Shown piece after piece: positions 11,505-23,820 of a stretch of DNA of 64,000 nucleotides (within the stretch, counting starts at the first letter, position 1; each line of letters begins with the position of its first letter). The position numbers and the translations under genes are program-made. The stretch is from Trichoplax sp. H2 (lineage: Eukaryota). The notes beneath the pieces are model-generated. The model did no database searches. It was given only the letters and a program-made list of their open reading frames with translations, and was not told where the DNA came from. Location of the stretch: the NCBI GenBank assembly GCA_003344405.1, contig NOWV01000191.1:62001-126000 (forward strand), in the 5' to 3' direction.

Positions 11505-14500
11505 ATGTCTTCGCCTTCAGATGAAGCTGTAGCCTGTACAAAGCGCCCTGCAGGTTGTAAATAAATCGAATAGTACTATAATAAGTACCTAAAAATCTTC
11601 AATAGAGCACAGTCAACTCAGATAATTTTGTACTATCATTAGCACAGTGAACGTGCCGTAGCAGTATTTATTTATTTACTCTGACAACTTATCTTTCCTT
11701 CTTAGTATTAATTCCAGTTGAAACGTTAACTACATAAGGTCTTGCTTTCTTCTCAATTTATAAGATACTATGACTGTATAGTTGTCTCCAGAGTATGAGG
11801 ATGATTGTATTTCGTATGGATGGTTGATAATTGTTATTAATAGGAAATGTACAGCAATAGTCATGCACACATACCACTTCACATCGTGGCGTTTTATGCT
11901 GTGATCCTGTTCACTACAGTAGTGGCAGATAGCCTGTAATGTTATGGATTATCGATTTAGGGTTATATGTTATGATACAGCGTTAGGGTGATATGCATGA
12001 TGACATTTACTATATCCAATATGATCCAATGACTTTCATACAATCAATTTTACACTATACCATAGTCTATTGCCGGACACTTGAAATCATTCATAATGTA
12101 CAAATGAGCACAGTGATAGCAAGGAATAAGGAAAGAATACATCAAGTATGACTGATAGTGTTGGTTGAAGTGGAAAAATACGAACTGCTTTTCTTATGCA
12201 GTAGTACAATTTTGCATTTACTAGAGAGTCATGCTGATAGTTTTTAGTTCTTTTTGCGTACGCGGTACATATATATTGTATTCGGCTATGAAATAGGGCG
12301 GTGTTTTTCGAGTCTGTGTGCGCAGTAAACCCGTATGGTAAATCGAGTTTCAGCGAGTCCCCTGTAGCGCAAACTTTTAAAATTTAGTATGATGAAACAT
12401 AGCGAAGCTTATAAGACTATGTTCGATAGATAGTACTTTTATACAAATTACTCCACTAAGAAAAAGACTAATACAGGATAGCAACCAATTTTACCGCTTG
12501 AAGTTTAGTTAATTTCAATAAGCGTTCTTTTACTGTACGTCTTGAATAACACGGTAGACTGACGAAAAACTCGAATCAGCCATTTTTTATATCTGTTCTA
12601 GTGTTTTTCTACTCATACAGTAGTGCTGTATACATACAGATTTTACTCTACAAAGGCACGGTATCGGTACTATACCATGACTATACTACAGTATACGGTA
12701 CTAGCGTAGTTTTTACCAGAATTTTCTGTCATTCCGTCTGTACAACGACGCCATAACAATTTACTGTCTGAGTAGCTAGCTGTACTGCGAATGTGACCAA
12801 ATTTTTCAAAATAGTCATTGATGATTATATATGTTAATTATAAACAGTCTCCAACTGCAAATTTTTTTACACTGCTTTTAGCTATTTTTATTTATTTCGC
12901 TGAAGGTTTAAAAATAAAATAATTATATTGTATTGAACGTGTATACAGTACTGTACACTATCGCGATGCTTGAGTACCGGTTCATTCAGTGATGAGCATT
13001 CCAAAAAAATAAAATAGTTATATAATTCATATTAACGTATTTCTTACTTGTGATACGGGTGATGTGTTGATATTAAGACATACAATAGCCGATAGCGTCT
13101 TTTCTTGGTAACAGTTTATTTGCAGTTATATTCCTTTGCGGAGATGATTTGTAAATTTATTACTATCATATTCTACGTATCAACAGTAGGCGAATATTGC
13201 TTGTATGCCTTGCTACGTTGACTGCCTGCTGCATATTATTACCTCATGAGTATAAACGTTAACAAGTGTGCAATCTCATCCGAAATCATAGATACCGCTT
13301 TCAAGCAACAGCGTATGAGAGCTTGGAAGCCGATAATGACTACCGGTTCTGTTGTGCCTGCTTTCCTGATTGTCGGTGTAATATTTCTTCCTCTTGGTAT
13401 ACTATTCCTATTTACTTCAAATAACGTAAGTATGCTGGATAGATGGCAACGTAGAAATAAATATCGTTTTAGTTGTACTACTATTGATTGATGGCTGATT
13501 AATTAAAAAAATGGATAAAATTTATGTTACCATGCATTTCTTAGCATCCATATTTATGTGCGTTCTTTTAAATTTATGCCTAGGTCAACGAGGTCGTGGT
13601 TGACTATACACATTGTAATGCCTCATCTGTATCAAATTCATTGTATCTTACAAGTCCCGGAATGAGTTGTGCCGACTACATTCAAGCGACTAATTTTACT
13701 GAAAATTGCTATTGTAATATAAGCTTTCAACTGTCATCAGCAATGACTGGCAAAGTTAGTATTAAAGCAACAATAGCGAAAAGCAGCGCTGATTTCTATA
13801 GTATAATTAATCTTCCCGGAATTCTAGAATTATTTATATTAAATAATCGGTATACAACTATATCTGAATAGGTATACATGTATTATGGACTAGAAAACTT
13901 TTATCAAAATCATCGAAGATATGTTCGAGCGCGTTCTGACTACCAACTTCTTGGGAATCCAACTTATACAGTTAGCGATTGTGAACCGTTTAGATATGCT
14001 AACGGAACAACCACTCCGATTGCGCCCTGTGGTGCAATTGCTAACAGCCTATTTAACGGTAATTGTTTTATTAGAGAATTGAATCTTAAGAAATGATAAT
14101 ATTTGGATGAAGTCTTTGATGCATTTCGCATCAATATATACGATAAATTGCCCTCGAAACAGTTTTAATTATCCAGAGCAGTGCATAGGTGCAAACTATA
14201 TGTAGTCAATTATCGTAATAGTTCGCTCTAGTAACTTATCCACGTCTGTTTTGGATAAATTTGTCGGTTAGATAACTGCAAGTTCTTCTATATTTTTTAA
14301 AATTTTAAGCACATTAGGTGACCGTTAGATGCGTTAAATATGTAATTACTTTCTTATTTAAAAAATTCATCATACACTTTTAGATTCACTAACTTTGACG
14401 TTCCAGAACACTACTGGTAATGTCAATGTTGGATTAATTGACCGCGGTATCGCTTGGAGTGTTGATTTGAGTATTAAATATAACAATCCTACCGTACAGA

Positions 14501-15494
14501 CCGGATTTCCATTAAGGTATGGATTTAATGGTACGGCAAAACCTCCTTATTGGCGTAAGCCTGTATACGAGTTAAGCTCTGACCCCAACAATAATGGCTT
14601 CAAAAATGAAGATCTCATCGTGTGGATGAGAACTGCTGCATTACCTCGCTTTCGTAAACTTTATCGTAAAGTAAATCACACTCAAGCAGGATTTGTAAAT
14701 GGTTTACCAAGTGGAAATTATTTCTTCAATGTGGAATATAGTATCCTTTTCACTTTTTGCCATTTTGTACTGCATTAAATACTTCAAAATTAAGGTACAT
14801 AATGTGGTAATGCCCTTGAATTATGTCCTCAACTGTAATATAATAGACTTTCCTGTGACGACTTTCAGTGGCAAAAAGCGATTGATACTATCTACGGCAT
14901 CATGGCTGGGTGGTAAGAATCCCTTCCTTGGAATTGCTTACATTACTGTTGGATCAATGTGCATTGTCTTAGGCTTCCTGTGCCTATTCTATCATTATCA
15001 ATATGCAAACAGGTAAATAGCATGCAATATTAACTTAATTTGCGGAGAATTTTGCAAAATCTCTTTTAGATCAATGTGCTTAGCAGCCAGCTTGCTAGAC
15101 AATTAAACATATTATAGGCGCATCGGTATGAAAACCGCCCCTCGCAAAGAAAATAGTATAAGTTTTTTGCTACTGTAATAAATACTGCTGACATAAATGC
15201 AAAAAAGAATTTAGGCATACTAGTTTATAGTGATTAAGCATTAAAGTTAAGGGAAACTATGGCGAAATTAAGATAGCGGGATTATATGTACTTATAGCAG
15301 CCATAGAGAGCTATAATGCATTTAAGCTTAGTGCTTTTGGGATGTCTGGCGTTCGGAATTGTATCTTGAATTTGTATTTGTGGCTACCATGAAATTATAT
15401 TTCCTTTCCATTTTATTTCAGACCTCGTCAACTGGATGTAAGCAGTCGCAATAGTTTCACTACTAGAAAGTCACAGACTTCTCACGATTTTTAG
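11505..15494 (+). CDS. TMEM30A: CDC50/LEM3-family P4-ATPase flippase beta subunit
   Basis: Exons 11505-11553, 13292-13425, 13584-13754, 13872-14058, 14384-14740, 14847-15012 and 15422-15494 are phase consistent. Motifs [63 protein letters not shown] and [14 protein letters not shown]. Paralog assignment within TMEM30 is not determinable. Confidence 0.95.
14741..14846 (+). other. U12-type (minor spliceosome) GT-AG intron in CDC50
   Basis: 5' splice site GTATCCTTT. Branch-like TCCTCAAC at 14826-14833, 13 nt before the end of the intron, with no polypyrimidine tract. Splicing restores the conserved YNFPV. Confidence 0.85.
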
Positions 15495-17523
15495 ATAGCA
15501 TAATAGGTTCAATTGTTGATCAGGCAACAATTCTCCGACATAACATTTGGATTAGTTTATAAAGCAAGAACTATAGTATATTAATAGTCAATTCTATTTT
15601 CTTTTGTTATCGGCCATAAGCTTGGCACAGGACATTACAGGCCCAGTATACTGTACTCTAATAGTTGTTTGCCAAATTACTGTAACGCCAACCATCAAAT
15701 TTTAACATTGGACTAGATAGACTTAAAGTGGCTGTCCTTACGCATCGGCTTATTAACCTAACCTCCAGATCACTGCTAACAAATGATGAACCATTTACAA
15801 AGTGTGATAATCCTTAGTTTACAATTTCAGGCTTTGACATTATATGTGTAACTATTTAGTGTATACGTGATATCTTTCTCTTGCGATCGCCTTCGGGCGA
15901 TGCAACTGTATGCATTATTGTATCCTTATCGATGCATATATGTAATAATGATTCAGCTAATATAGATTGTTGATGGTAGTTACAATTAATCATTTTGTTC
16001 ATGAGTTCTCGTTGCGTTTTATCGGAATAATTGCAGATCTCGAACGGCGATCAGTCTATTAAATTGAAGACAATGTACTCATATAGCAACGAATTATGAA
16101 AATTTCTTGAACAATCAAACGCATCGCTTTAGTTAATTTACCAAAGTGTCTAGATAATTTTATTTTATGAAGAACATTTGACTGTATTTTCTACGTTTGT
16201 AAGCATTATAGCGTTTTGTATATGCTTATAACATTTCGGCGTCATATTTTCTGATTGTTTCTACACTACAAGTATGTTATAAATCGTATTAGTTAAAATT
16301 TAAATGCGTTCAACCATTTATAGACCAGTTAAAATGTGACGCTATCGAAACAATGATGCACACAGCCTTTCAACGTACATTTTACGCAGCATTATAAAAG
16401 GAGAAGTATCGCTAGCTTTATAGAATAGATCGAATACTTAATACTTAACTTGATGACTGTAATTAACCATGCAACAAGCTAGTGGAAGACACATTTATGT
16501 TTCGGTTGTATTATATATATGCATATGCTATACAGTATATAATAAATTTAAACATGTTTTGACATGACAAACCCAATAAAGGACATACATGTTATCGATT
16601 TGCGCAGAAGTCATTTTTGCGAGTCATTTCGTATTATCTTATAAGGTTAAGATCCATAATTTTATAGCTTGCTATCATCAGAAAATGCTTCACATAGGTA
16701 ATTAAAATTTTAATCAGTAATGACGGCATAGCATAGCAGCCGATCAGATGATGAATTCTGTTTCGACTATGTAGTGATTTCAGCTAATCACAGTAGTTTT
16801 GTGTACAGACTTCTACTATTTCAAATCTTGAACTTTAGAATTCGAATTTTTAAATTTTTATATATTCATGCTGGATAGAGTTTTCAATGTGAAGTCGTTC
16901 ATGAATTTCATGCTCGGAAACATTCCTACTGAAGGCTAATAACTTACTATAGTATTAAAAAGTGCATCCTTGTTACATAAGGACCTTTAGGAACTATAGT
17001 CTTGGCGGATTGATAACGGTTCGCAATCCTCGATATCAACTTAAAGTTGACAGCTTTATCCAACTAGGATGTTAGGCACTCTTTAACTCGTTAGAGCCGT
17101 CATTGAAATTCCTACTTTATTTTTGGTATTGTTGTATAAGTGATTAATCAGCGTTCTACTCGAGCCAATTCTTTAGTATTATTAGGTTAGGTTCTCGTTC
17201 ACCTGTACAAGCTGTACAAACTCATATTTGTTAAAATGCAAAACTGCCGATTGATAAAAAAGCAGGCAGGCAAATTCTCACCGTTAAAATTATATTTATT
17301 TACGATTCAAGATAAAGTCAACTTGATCTCTTGATCTAGTGTAAAAGTTAGAATATAAAGTAAGATCAAGAAGCAGATTATGATTAAATAAATTTGTCGA
17401 GCAAGTATTAATAGGACCTTTAAAAAATGTTTTTATGTTTGGATTCAACTTGAATTGCAACTAAAGTAACAACTGATTTCCTTGCTCTGTGAGTGATTGC
17501 AGCTATAAACTCTCTGCTAGAAT

Positions 17524-19181
17524 CTACCATAAAGAGTATTTAGCTATGCCAATACAGATATTTCCTAGAAATGCTAGCTATTTTAAAATGCGGATATGTA
17601 AGTTGATATTTTCAACATTACGATAAAATAGGTTAAGATATCATTTAAAAGTTTAAATTTTACATTAAATATCATTTAAAAGTTTAAATTTTACATTAAA
17701 TATCATTTAAAAGTTTAAATTTTACATTAAATATCATTTAAAAGTTTAAATTTTACATTAAATATTAGCCGGTCAGGTATCGTTAATCAAAAGCATTCAG
17801 TTTATGGATATAGNNNNNNNNNNNNNNNNNNNNTTAGCTATGCCAATACAGATATTTCCTAGAAATGCTAGCTATTTTAAAATGCGGATATGTAAGTTGA
17901 TATTTTCAACATTACGATAAAATAGGTTAAGATATCATTTAAAAGTTTAAATTTTACATTAAATATTAGCCGGTCAGGTATCGTTAATCAAAAGCATTCA
18001 GTTTATGGATATAGTAGATTCTTTTCTAGATTAATTCTTCAATAAATCAAGATACAGTGTATTGCATAATGCTACACAGTATATACACACCGAACGAATA
18101 CCGCTGTATGTCTACGTAGAGTCAGCGGCAACGTTGTTTAAAGTTATACCTATTACATGTATAACTGAAGTCGTTATTTACCGTAATGCTATCGAAAAAG
18201 TTAATTTATTCTATCCACCTTTTACCTATTATGGTAATCTTGACGGTGAAAAAATAGTTATTTATACTTTTCGTTCTTCAGCTATAATATTAATAAATCT
18301 CCACATAGCTGGAAAAAAAGAACTCAAGATATGCCGTTATTTCATAGAAATAATTGCCAATTATAACCAATTTTATTCCTTATTAACTCTTTAGTCGTAG
18401 AAACTCCTATTTCATGTTTTTTTCTTACGTCTGCTCCCATGGCTATATGTAAATTCACNNNNNNNNNNNNNNNNNNNNCTACCATAAAGAGTATTTAGCT
18501 ATGCCAATACAGATATTTCCTAGAAATGCTAGCTATTTTAAAATGCGGATATGTAAGTTGATATTTTCAACATTACGATAAAATAGGTTAAGATATCATT
18601 TAAAAGTTTAAATTTTACATTAAATATCATTTAAAAGTTTAAATTTTACATTAAATATCATTTAAAAGTTTAAATTTTACATTAAATATTAGCCGGTCAG
18701 GTATCGTTAATCAAAAGCATTCAGTTTATGGATATAGCAGATTCTATTCTAGATTAATTCTTCAATAAATCAAGGTACAGTGTATCGCATTATGCTACAC
18801 AGTATATACTCACCGAACGAATACCGCTGTATGTCTACATAGAGTCAGCGGCAACGTTGTTTAAAGTTATACCTATTACATGTATAACTGAAGTCGTTAT
18901 TTACCGTAATGCTATCGAAAAAGTTAATTTATTCTATCCACCTTTTACCTATTATGGTAATCTTGACGGTGAAAAAATAGTTATTTATACTTTTCGTTCT
19001 TCAGCTATAATATTAATAAATCTCCACATAGCTGGAATAAAAGAACTCAAGATATGCCGTTATTTCATAGAAATAATTGCCAATTATAACCAATTTTATT
19101 CCTTATTAACTCTTTAGTCGTAGAAACTCCTATTTCATGTTTTTTTCTTACGTCTGCTCCCATGGCTATATGTAAATTCAC
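17524..19181. repeat. Three overlapping near-identical copies of one segment separated by 20-N gaps (17814-17833, 18459-18478), containing a 31-bp VNTR
   Basis: Unit TATCATTTAAAAGTTTAAATTTTACATTAAA occurs 4x (17639-17762), 1x (near 17933) and 3x (near 18594). Copies 2 and 3 differ by scattered substitutions. Probably alleles or mis-scaffolded contigs. Confidence 0.85.
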
Positions 19182-19242
19182 AATATGATTATTAGACCAA
19201 AGAATATGAATATAGATTATGGATCCATGATTAATTATTATC

Positions 19243-22200
19243 TTACCGAGTAGCGCCAGCTTTAAGAAGTTTCTTTTTCAGTTCCCCTTTATTATGCATT
19301 GCTATCACATCACTAGCACCACCTAAGCATTCGCCATTTAAAAATACTCTAGGTACCTAATATTGTATGAGCACAACAAAATACATTCACTGCTTTTGCA
19401 AAATAATTGTGATCTTAATATTGGTAGGTAGCCATAACTAATCGGTAACTTTTCTTTCATTTTATTATACCGTAAAGTTATTATATGTAGCAATGATAAC
19501 ATTTACAACGCTACTATTACGAAACCAATTACTTGAGATAAAAACTTATTAAACATTTAAAAGCCAATCTAACGTTTGACTGTAATCGTAATCAAATTGT
19601 AATTTCATAACACTTTTAGCGACGTCACTATTTTCAAATTGAAGATCATGAATATGAATTGAAACACAAATGGTGCATCATTTTCCCTATTGTTAAAACT
19701 GCTTACTTTTATGACATTATAATTTTTTTTTGTTATAGGAATTAAATGTTATCCTGATTAATTATTTACCAATGAAACTATCTTTTTATTGCTAACGTCA
19801 CTTCCATTAATCGACTGAAAAACAATACTCATTTACAGAAAAGCTCAGCAACAACCACAAGATATTCTAGTCTTTAAATAACAGTAATTTTATATTGTCA
19901 TGACAATAGTTCGTAAACATCTAAATTTCTCTGTACGGAAACCGAAATGCTGGAAATTGATCCATTTAAAATTAATTAACTGTAATCGTGTATAGCTTAT
20001 GCTTGAATGAAAGCCAACGAAAAATATTTAATCACTAATTTTTCTGTCGATATAAATTCGTATAAGATAGTTATACATGAAATGCAGTTGAAAGAGAGTC
20101 ATTAAGGTACGGTAGCCAATAAGAAATGATGAATGAATAATATTCTTGCATGATACAGTATTCAAACACTAGGCATCAAGTCTTCCACGAAAAATTTTAT
20201 CCACTTGCAAATAATATCCTCGTATCGACTTGTAATATGTTGAAATCTACGATATAAGTTTTTCAAAAGTGCAAATATGACTGTCATGGTACGCCGTTAC
20301 TAATTAAGTAACTGTAAATTAATGAATGCTTATGAATAGATAAGATAAGGTTATGTGCTATGTTTTAATGCGCTTGTAGCTGATAATAGGATGGTAGAAA
20401 TGAGATAAAAATAGAAGTTGTTAGCAGTTAATTTACTGTAGGTTTATAAGTTGTGTTAATCTCTAAAAATTGAGCTGTATATGGACGAAGGTTAAGCGTC
20501 TTAACACCTGATAGCTTGTAGCTATCTAAGTCTGAGGATATCGACATGTATATTTAGTAATGGTATTATACTAATTAATGTAACTTGTAAAGCATGAATT
20601 CTCACTCGTTAATATTGGAATTCACTGTAGAAACCTATTTAAGCGCGTGTGTTTGTAGAATAAAGAAAGTAATTGCTCAAGAAACGGCAAGACTCATATC
20701 GTGAAGAATAGTGTAATAATTAGTCAGTTGTCTGTGGAGATCAGCCGAGAAATCGAGTTCTCAAATACTTCTCTCATANNNNNNNNNNNNNNNNNNNNTG
20801 AAATGCAGTTGAAAGAGAGTCATTAAGGTACGGTAGCCAATAAGAAATGATGAATGAATAATATTCTTGCATGATACAGTATTCAAACACTAGGCATCAA
20901 GTCTTCTACGAAAAATTTTATCCACTTGCAAATAATATCCTCGTATCGATTTGTAATATGTTGAAATCTACGATATAATTTTTTCAAAAGTGCAAATATG
21001 ACATTATAAAATATAGAAAATGACCAAATTCATACTAGGTACGGTATCTAGCCTTTATTTCCTACAACTAATTGAATGCCATATATCATCCTTATCGACA
21101 CATTAAAATAGATTGATGTTTAGAGGAGAATGCCGGTACATTGTGGCAGAATAACAACGCTTATAGTGCTGAATCAAGAATTTAGGTAATATTACTGTCA
21201 TTTCTGTACTTGTGGGCTGCTAAAGCTAAGAAATCATATTGGTGCTGATCCTACATTGTAGTGATAAAGAGTTAAAAGGCCAAAAGTTTCTACGCGAAGT
21301 GTTTTAGCGAGTTTAGTAATTCATATGCCTTCAAAAGCCATAACTATAGGTATTGTTGAGCATGAAATTTATAGGATTTCACTATCTCTCCTGCTAGCGC
21401 CGTAAAGCAATAAAAACCGAAGAAAAATCAATATTATACGAGTACTTTACATCAAATAAATACTTGTATCATAGAAATATCGATTAGAACCGTTAAGAAG
21501 TAGTGTTTGGATAGCACTTGAGTCCGGATGTCTCTAGCTAGCAAAACAAGGACGAGCACACCGCTGATCCTATTGTTATATGAGCAAAAGCTGAAGAGCT
21601 GTAGCATAGTTGCCTAGAGAAGTTAGATTAAATACCTTCTACAACGGCGGTATATGATTATGATGGTTATAGAGCTATGACATGCCGTATAGTACTGCAG
21701 ACGAAGGAAAGAAACTAGGTCTCAGGTCTATGGTTCCTTCATAAGGCTGTCATAAAGATAAAAATGGCATTCAAAATTGGGATATGTTACTTACTTAGTG
21801 CTGAAGAATTTCATCTGAGTACTATAAATTTAGCAATGATACTCTTACAAATATTATAATCGTATTAGATAGAGTGGGCATTTAGTCAGATTTTTTCTGT
21901 ATAAATTGGAAATGTGAATCTTTAATTTGTCAATTTAATGCTATTTTCAGCACAAATAATTAGCCTTAGCGACTGTAAAACTGTTTCATATTCAATTTCA
22001 GCTTCGAAAATAAGTACAGATGCCTCAGATTAAGCATATCCATAAAAGATTACTCGAATTATAGATGTGATGATAGCACGTGATGTCAATAGTACTTTAA
22101 GTTCATATAAAATTCCTTAACAGTTCATACATCTTATAAAATCAAGATTTTCCAATAACTACTCGTTTTACTCCATAAACAGCTTTTTCTTACTGTTAAT

Positions 22201-23820
22201 ACTGACAGCATAGCCATATGAATAAATGCCTAAGCAAAATATTAAAGAGTGAAAAGGTCTAACTTGAGCAATAGATGTGAAGAAAAGCGGCGTTAATTTT
22301 TAATGGGCCCTAGCGCCTAATTTCTAGTATCCTCAGTTACTGGTTGAAAATTAATATTAAACTATTTTGTTTTCCTGGTGTATCGAATTAATTTCATCAT
22401 AAACTTCTATATTGGGATACGTATTGATTCCACTATATATATTTTAGTCCCTTGATAGTTAATTTACCATAGCAGTCGATTCTCTTGCAAATTAGTCTCA
22501 GTGTGCGTTCTCTGATATTTATCATTTACAGAGTACTCATGGTTGTTATTCTACGTTTTCTACCTTAGCCAATCAGAAGGTTTTCTAAATTTTAACTTTC
22601 TTTAAACGAATGCTTGAATAAGTATTGCGATAGTAATAGCGAGTAGTTTTAATGAAATATTTCGTATGTGCACAACATTAAAATTGCCGTCTTGAAATCG
22701 ATTACGGCAGAAACCTTCGCTAATACAAGTAATTTCGGTTAAATTTACTCATCAACTTGCATTCCATTTTTCTGTCAATTTTACTAGAATCTAGTTATCA
22801 ACGATTATAAGGTAATTTATAAGCATTTTTGACTCAGCCAGCTTGAATTTAATTACGTCATGTTTGGAAATAATATTGATTGTAGAATTACGATGATTTA
22901 TTAAAGTTACTTTCTACCAAATGTTATTGCAACAACTTGGTCGATAAGACTAGAGGAAAAAATTATTTATACTAATTATAATTACTATATTTAAATGGAT
23001 ACATTCAATCCGAGGAGATACGGCTTGATTCTCTTTCTGGTCATTTTCAAATAATATGCTTATTGAAATCATGTCAAGAAGGAAACTATATTTTTTTTAA
23101 GAGAATTCCAGGCAAATATTAATTCTCCTTTAGAAATAGCCTGCCGTTGTTATGATTACATAGACACTTCTTATGGTATATCCTTTAAATTGCCCATCTT
23201 CACCGTGGTAGACTGATGAGTATAAAGAACGATAACAATTTATACAATACTATTTCTATTTCTAACTTGTTTCGGTGGCGATAAGTATTTCTTCAGTAAA
23301 AATTAATACATTGTTATTACTAATAGCCCAATATAAAATGTAAAGCCATAAATGATATCGTTAAGACTATGCACATTAAGTTATTGAAAATGAAGATATT
23401 TCATTAAGATAAAATACTGCAGTTCTGAATTTTAATCCAAATTATAATACAAGGAAAACAGAAAAGTACTACTCAACAAAAAAACTTTAGATAATTAATA
23501 ATTGTGTCATGTTATGTTTCTGATAAATTTAGTTTTGCAAAAATGAAAAGACTGCTCTTAGGTTGGTAATTGTAACTTACCGTAGAAGCTCCAGTTTTTT
23601 GTTGTAAAATATTTTGTATCCTCCTTCCATCGCCACGTAAATCTAATTCGATATATTGACTTCTAACCGATAATTTCTTGAATAACGCTTTAACGTCATC
23701 ACAGTATGGGCAATAAGTTTTTGAAAAAACTACTACCTTATGCTTTGCTATGGCATTCTCCACAAAGACTTCCTCAGTTGACTTTGGATGGATTGATTTT
23801 TTCGATGAAAAGCATCCCAT
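19243..23820 (-). CDS. Dithiol glutaredoxin (CPYC) with an N-terminal MGC acylation signal
   Basis: Exon 23820-23581 (MGCFSSKK..VVVFSKTYCPYC..TGAST) joins exon 19356-19243 (VPRVFLNGECLGGASDV..AGATR*), restoring the TVP and GG glutathione-binding motifs. A possible alternative last exon lies at 19165-19135. Confidence 0.9.
20282..20778 (+). mobile_element. LTR-like insertion in the glutaredoxin intron, truncated by an assembly gap
   Basis: 20078-20281 is repeated at 20799-21002. One copy continues into TGTCATGG..., the other into ATTATAAA (empty site). The insert starts with TG and has TATTTAA (20636) followed by AATAAA (20659). No CA end or target-site duplication is visible because of the gap. 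Confidence 0.5.

Noticed and set aside
11995..12160. ATGATGA...CTGA as an intronic C/D snoRNA
   Set aside because: No terminal stem or recognisable rRNA-antisense element; such boxes are frequent by chance.
12290..12590. GC-richer intronic patch as a MITE
   Set aside because: Only weak partial inverted similarity and no target-site duplication found.
17639..17762. 31-bp repeats as a CRISPR array
   Set aside because: Head-to-tail units with no spacers, eukaryotic context and no cas genes.
18062..19117. Duplicated ORFs 18062-18394 and 18857-19117
   Set aside because: Non-ATG starts, no recognisable domain, antisense to the glutaredoxin 3' region; the duplication is explained by the gap-flanked repeat.
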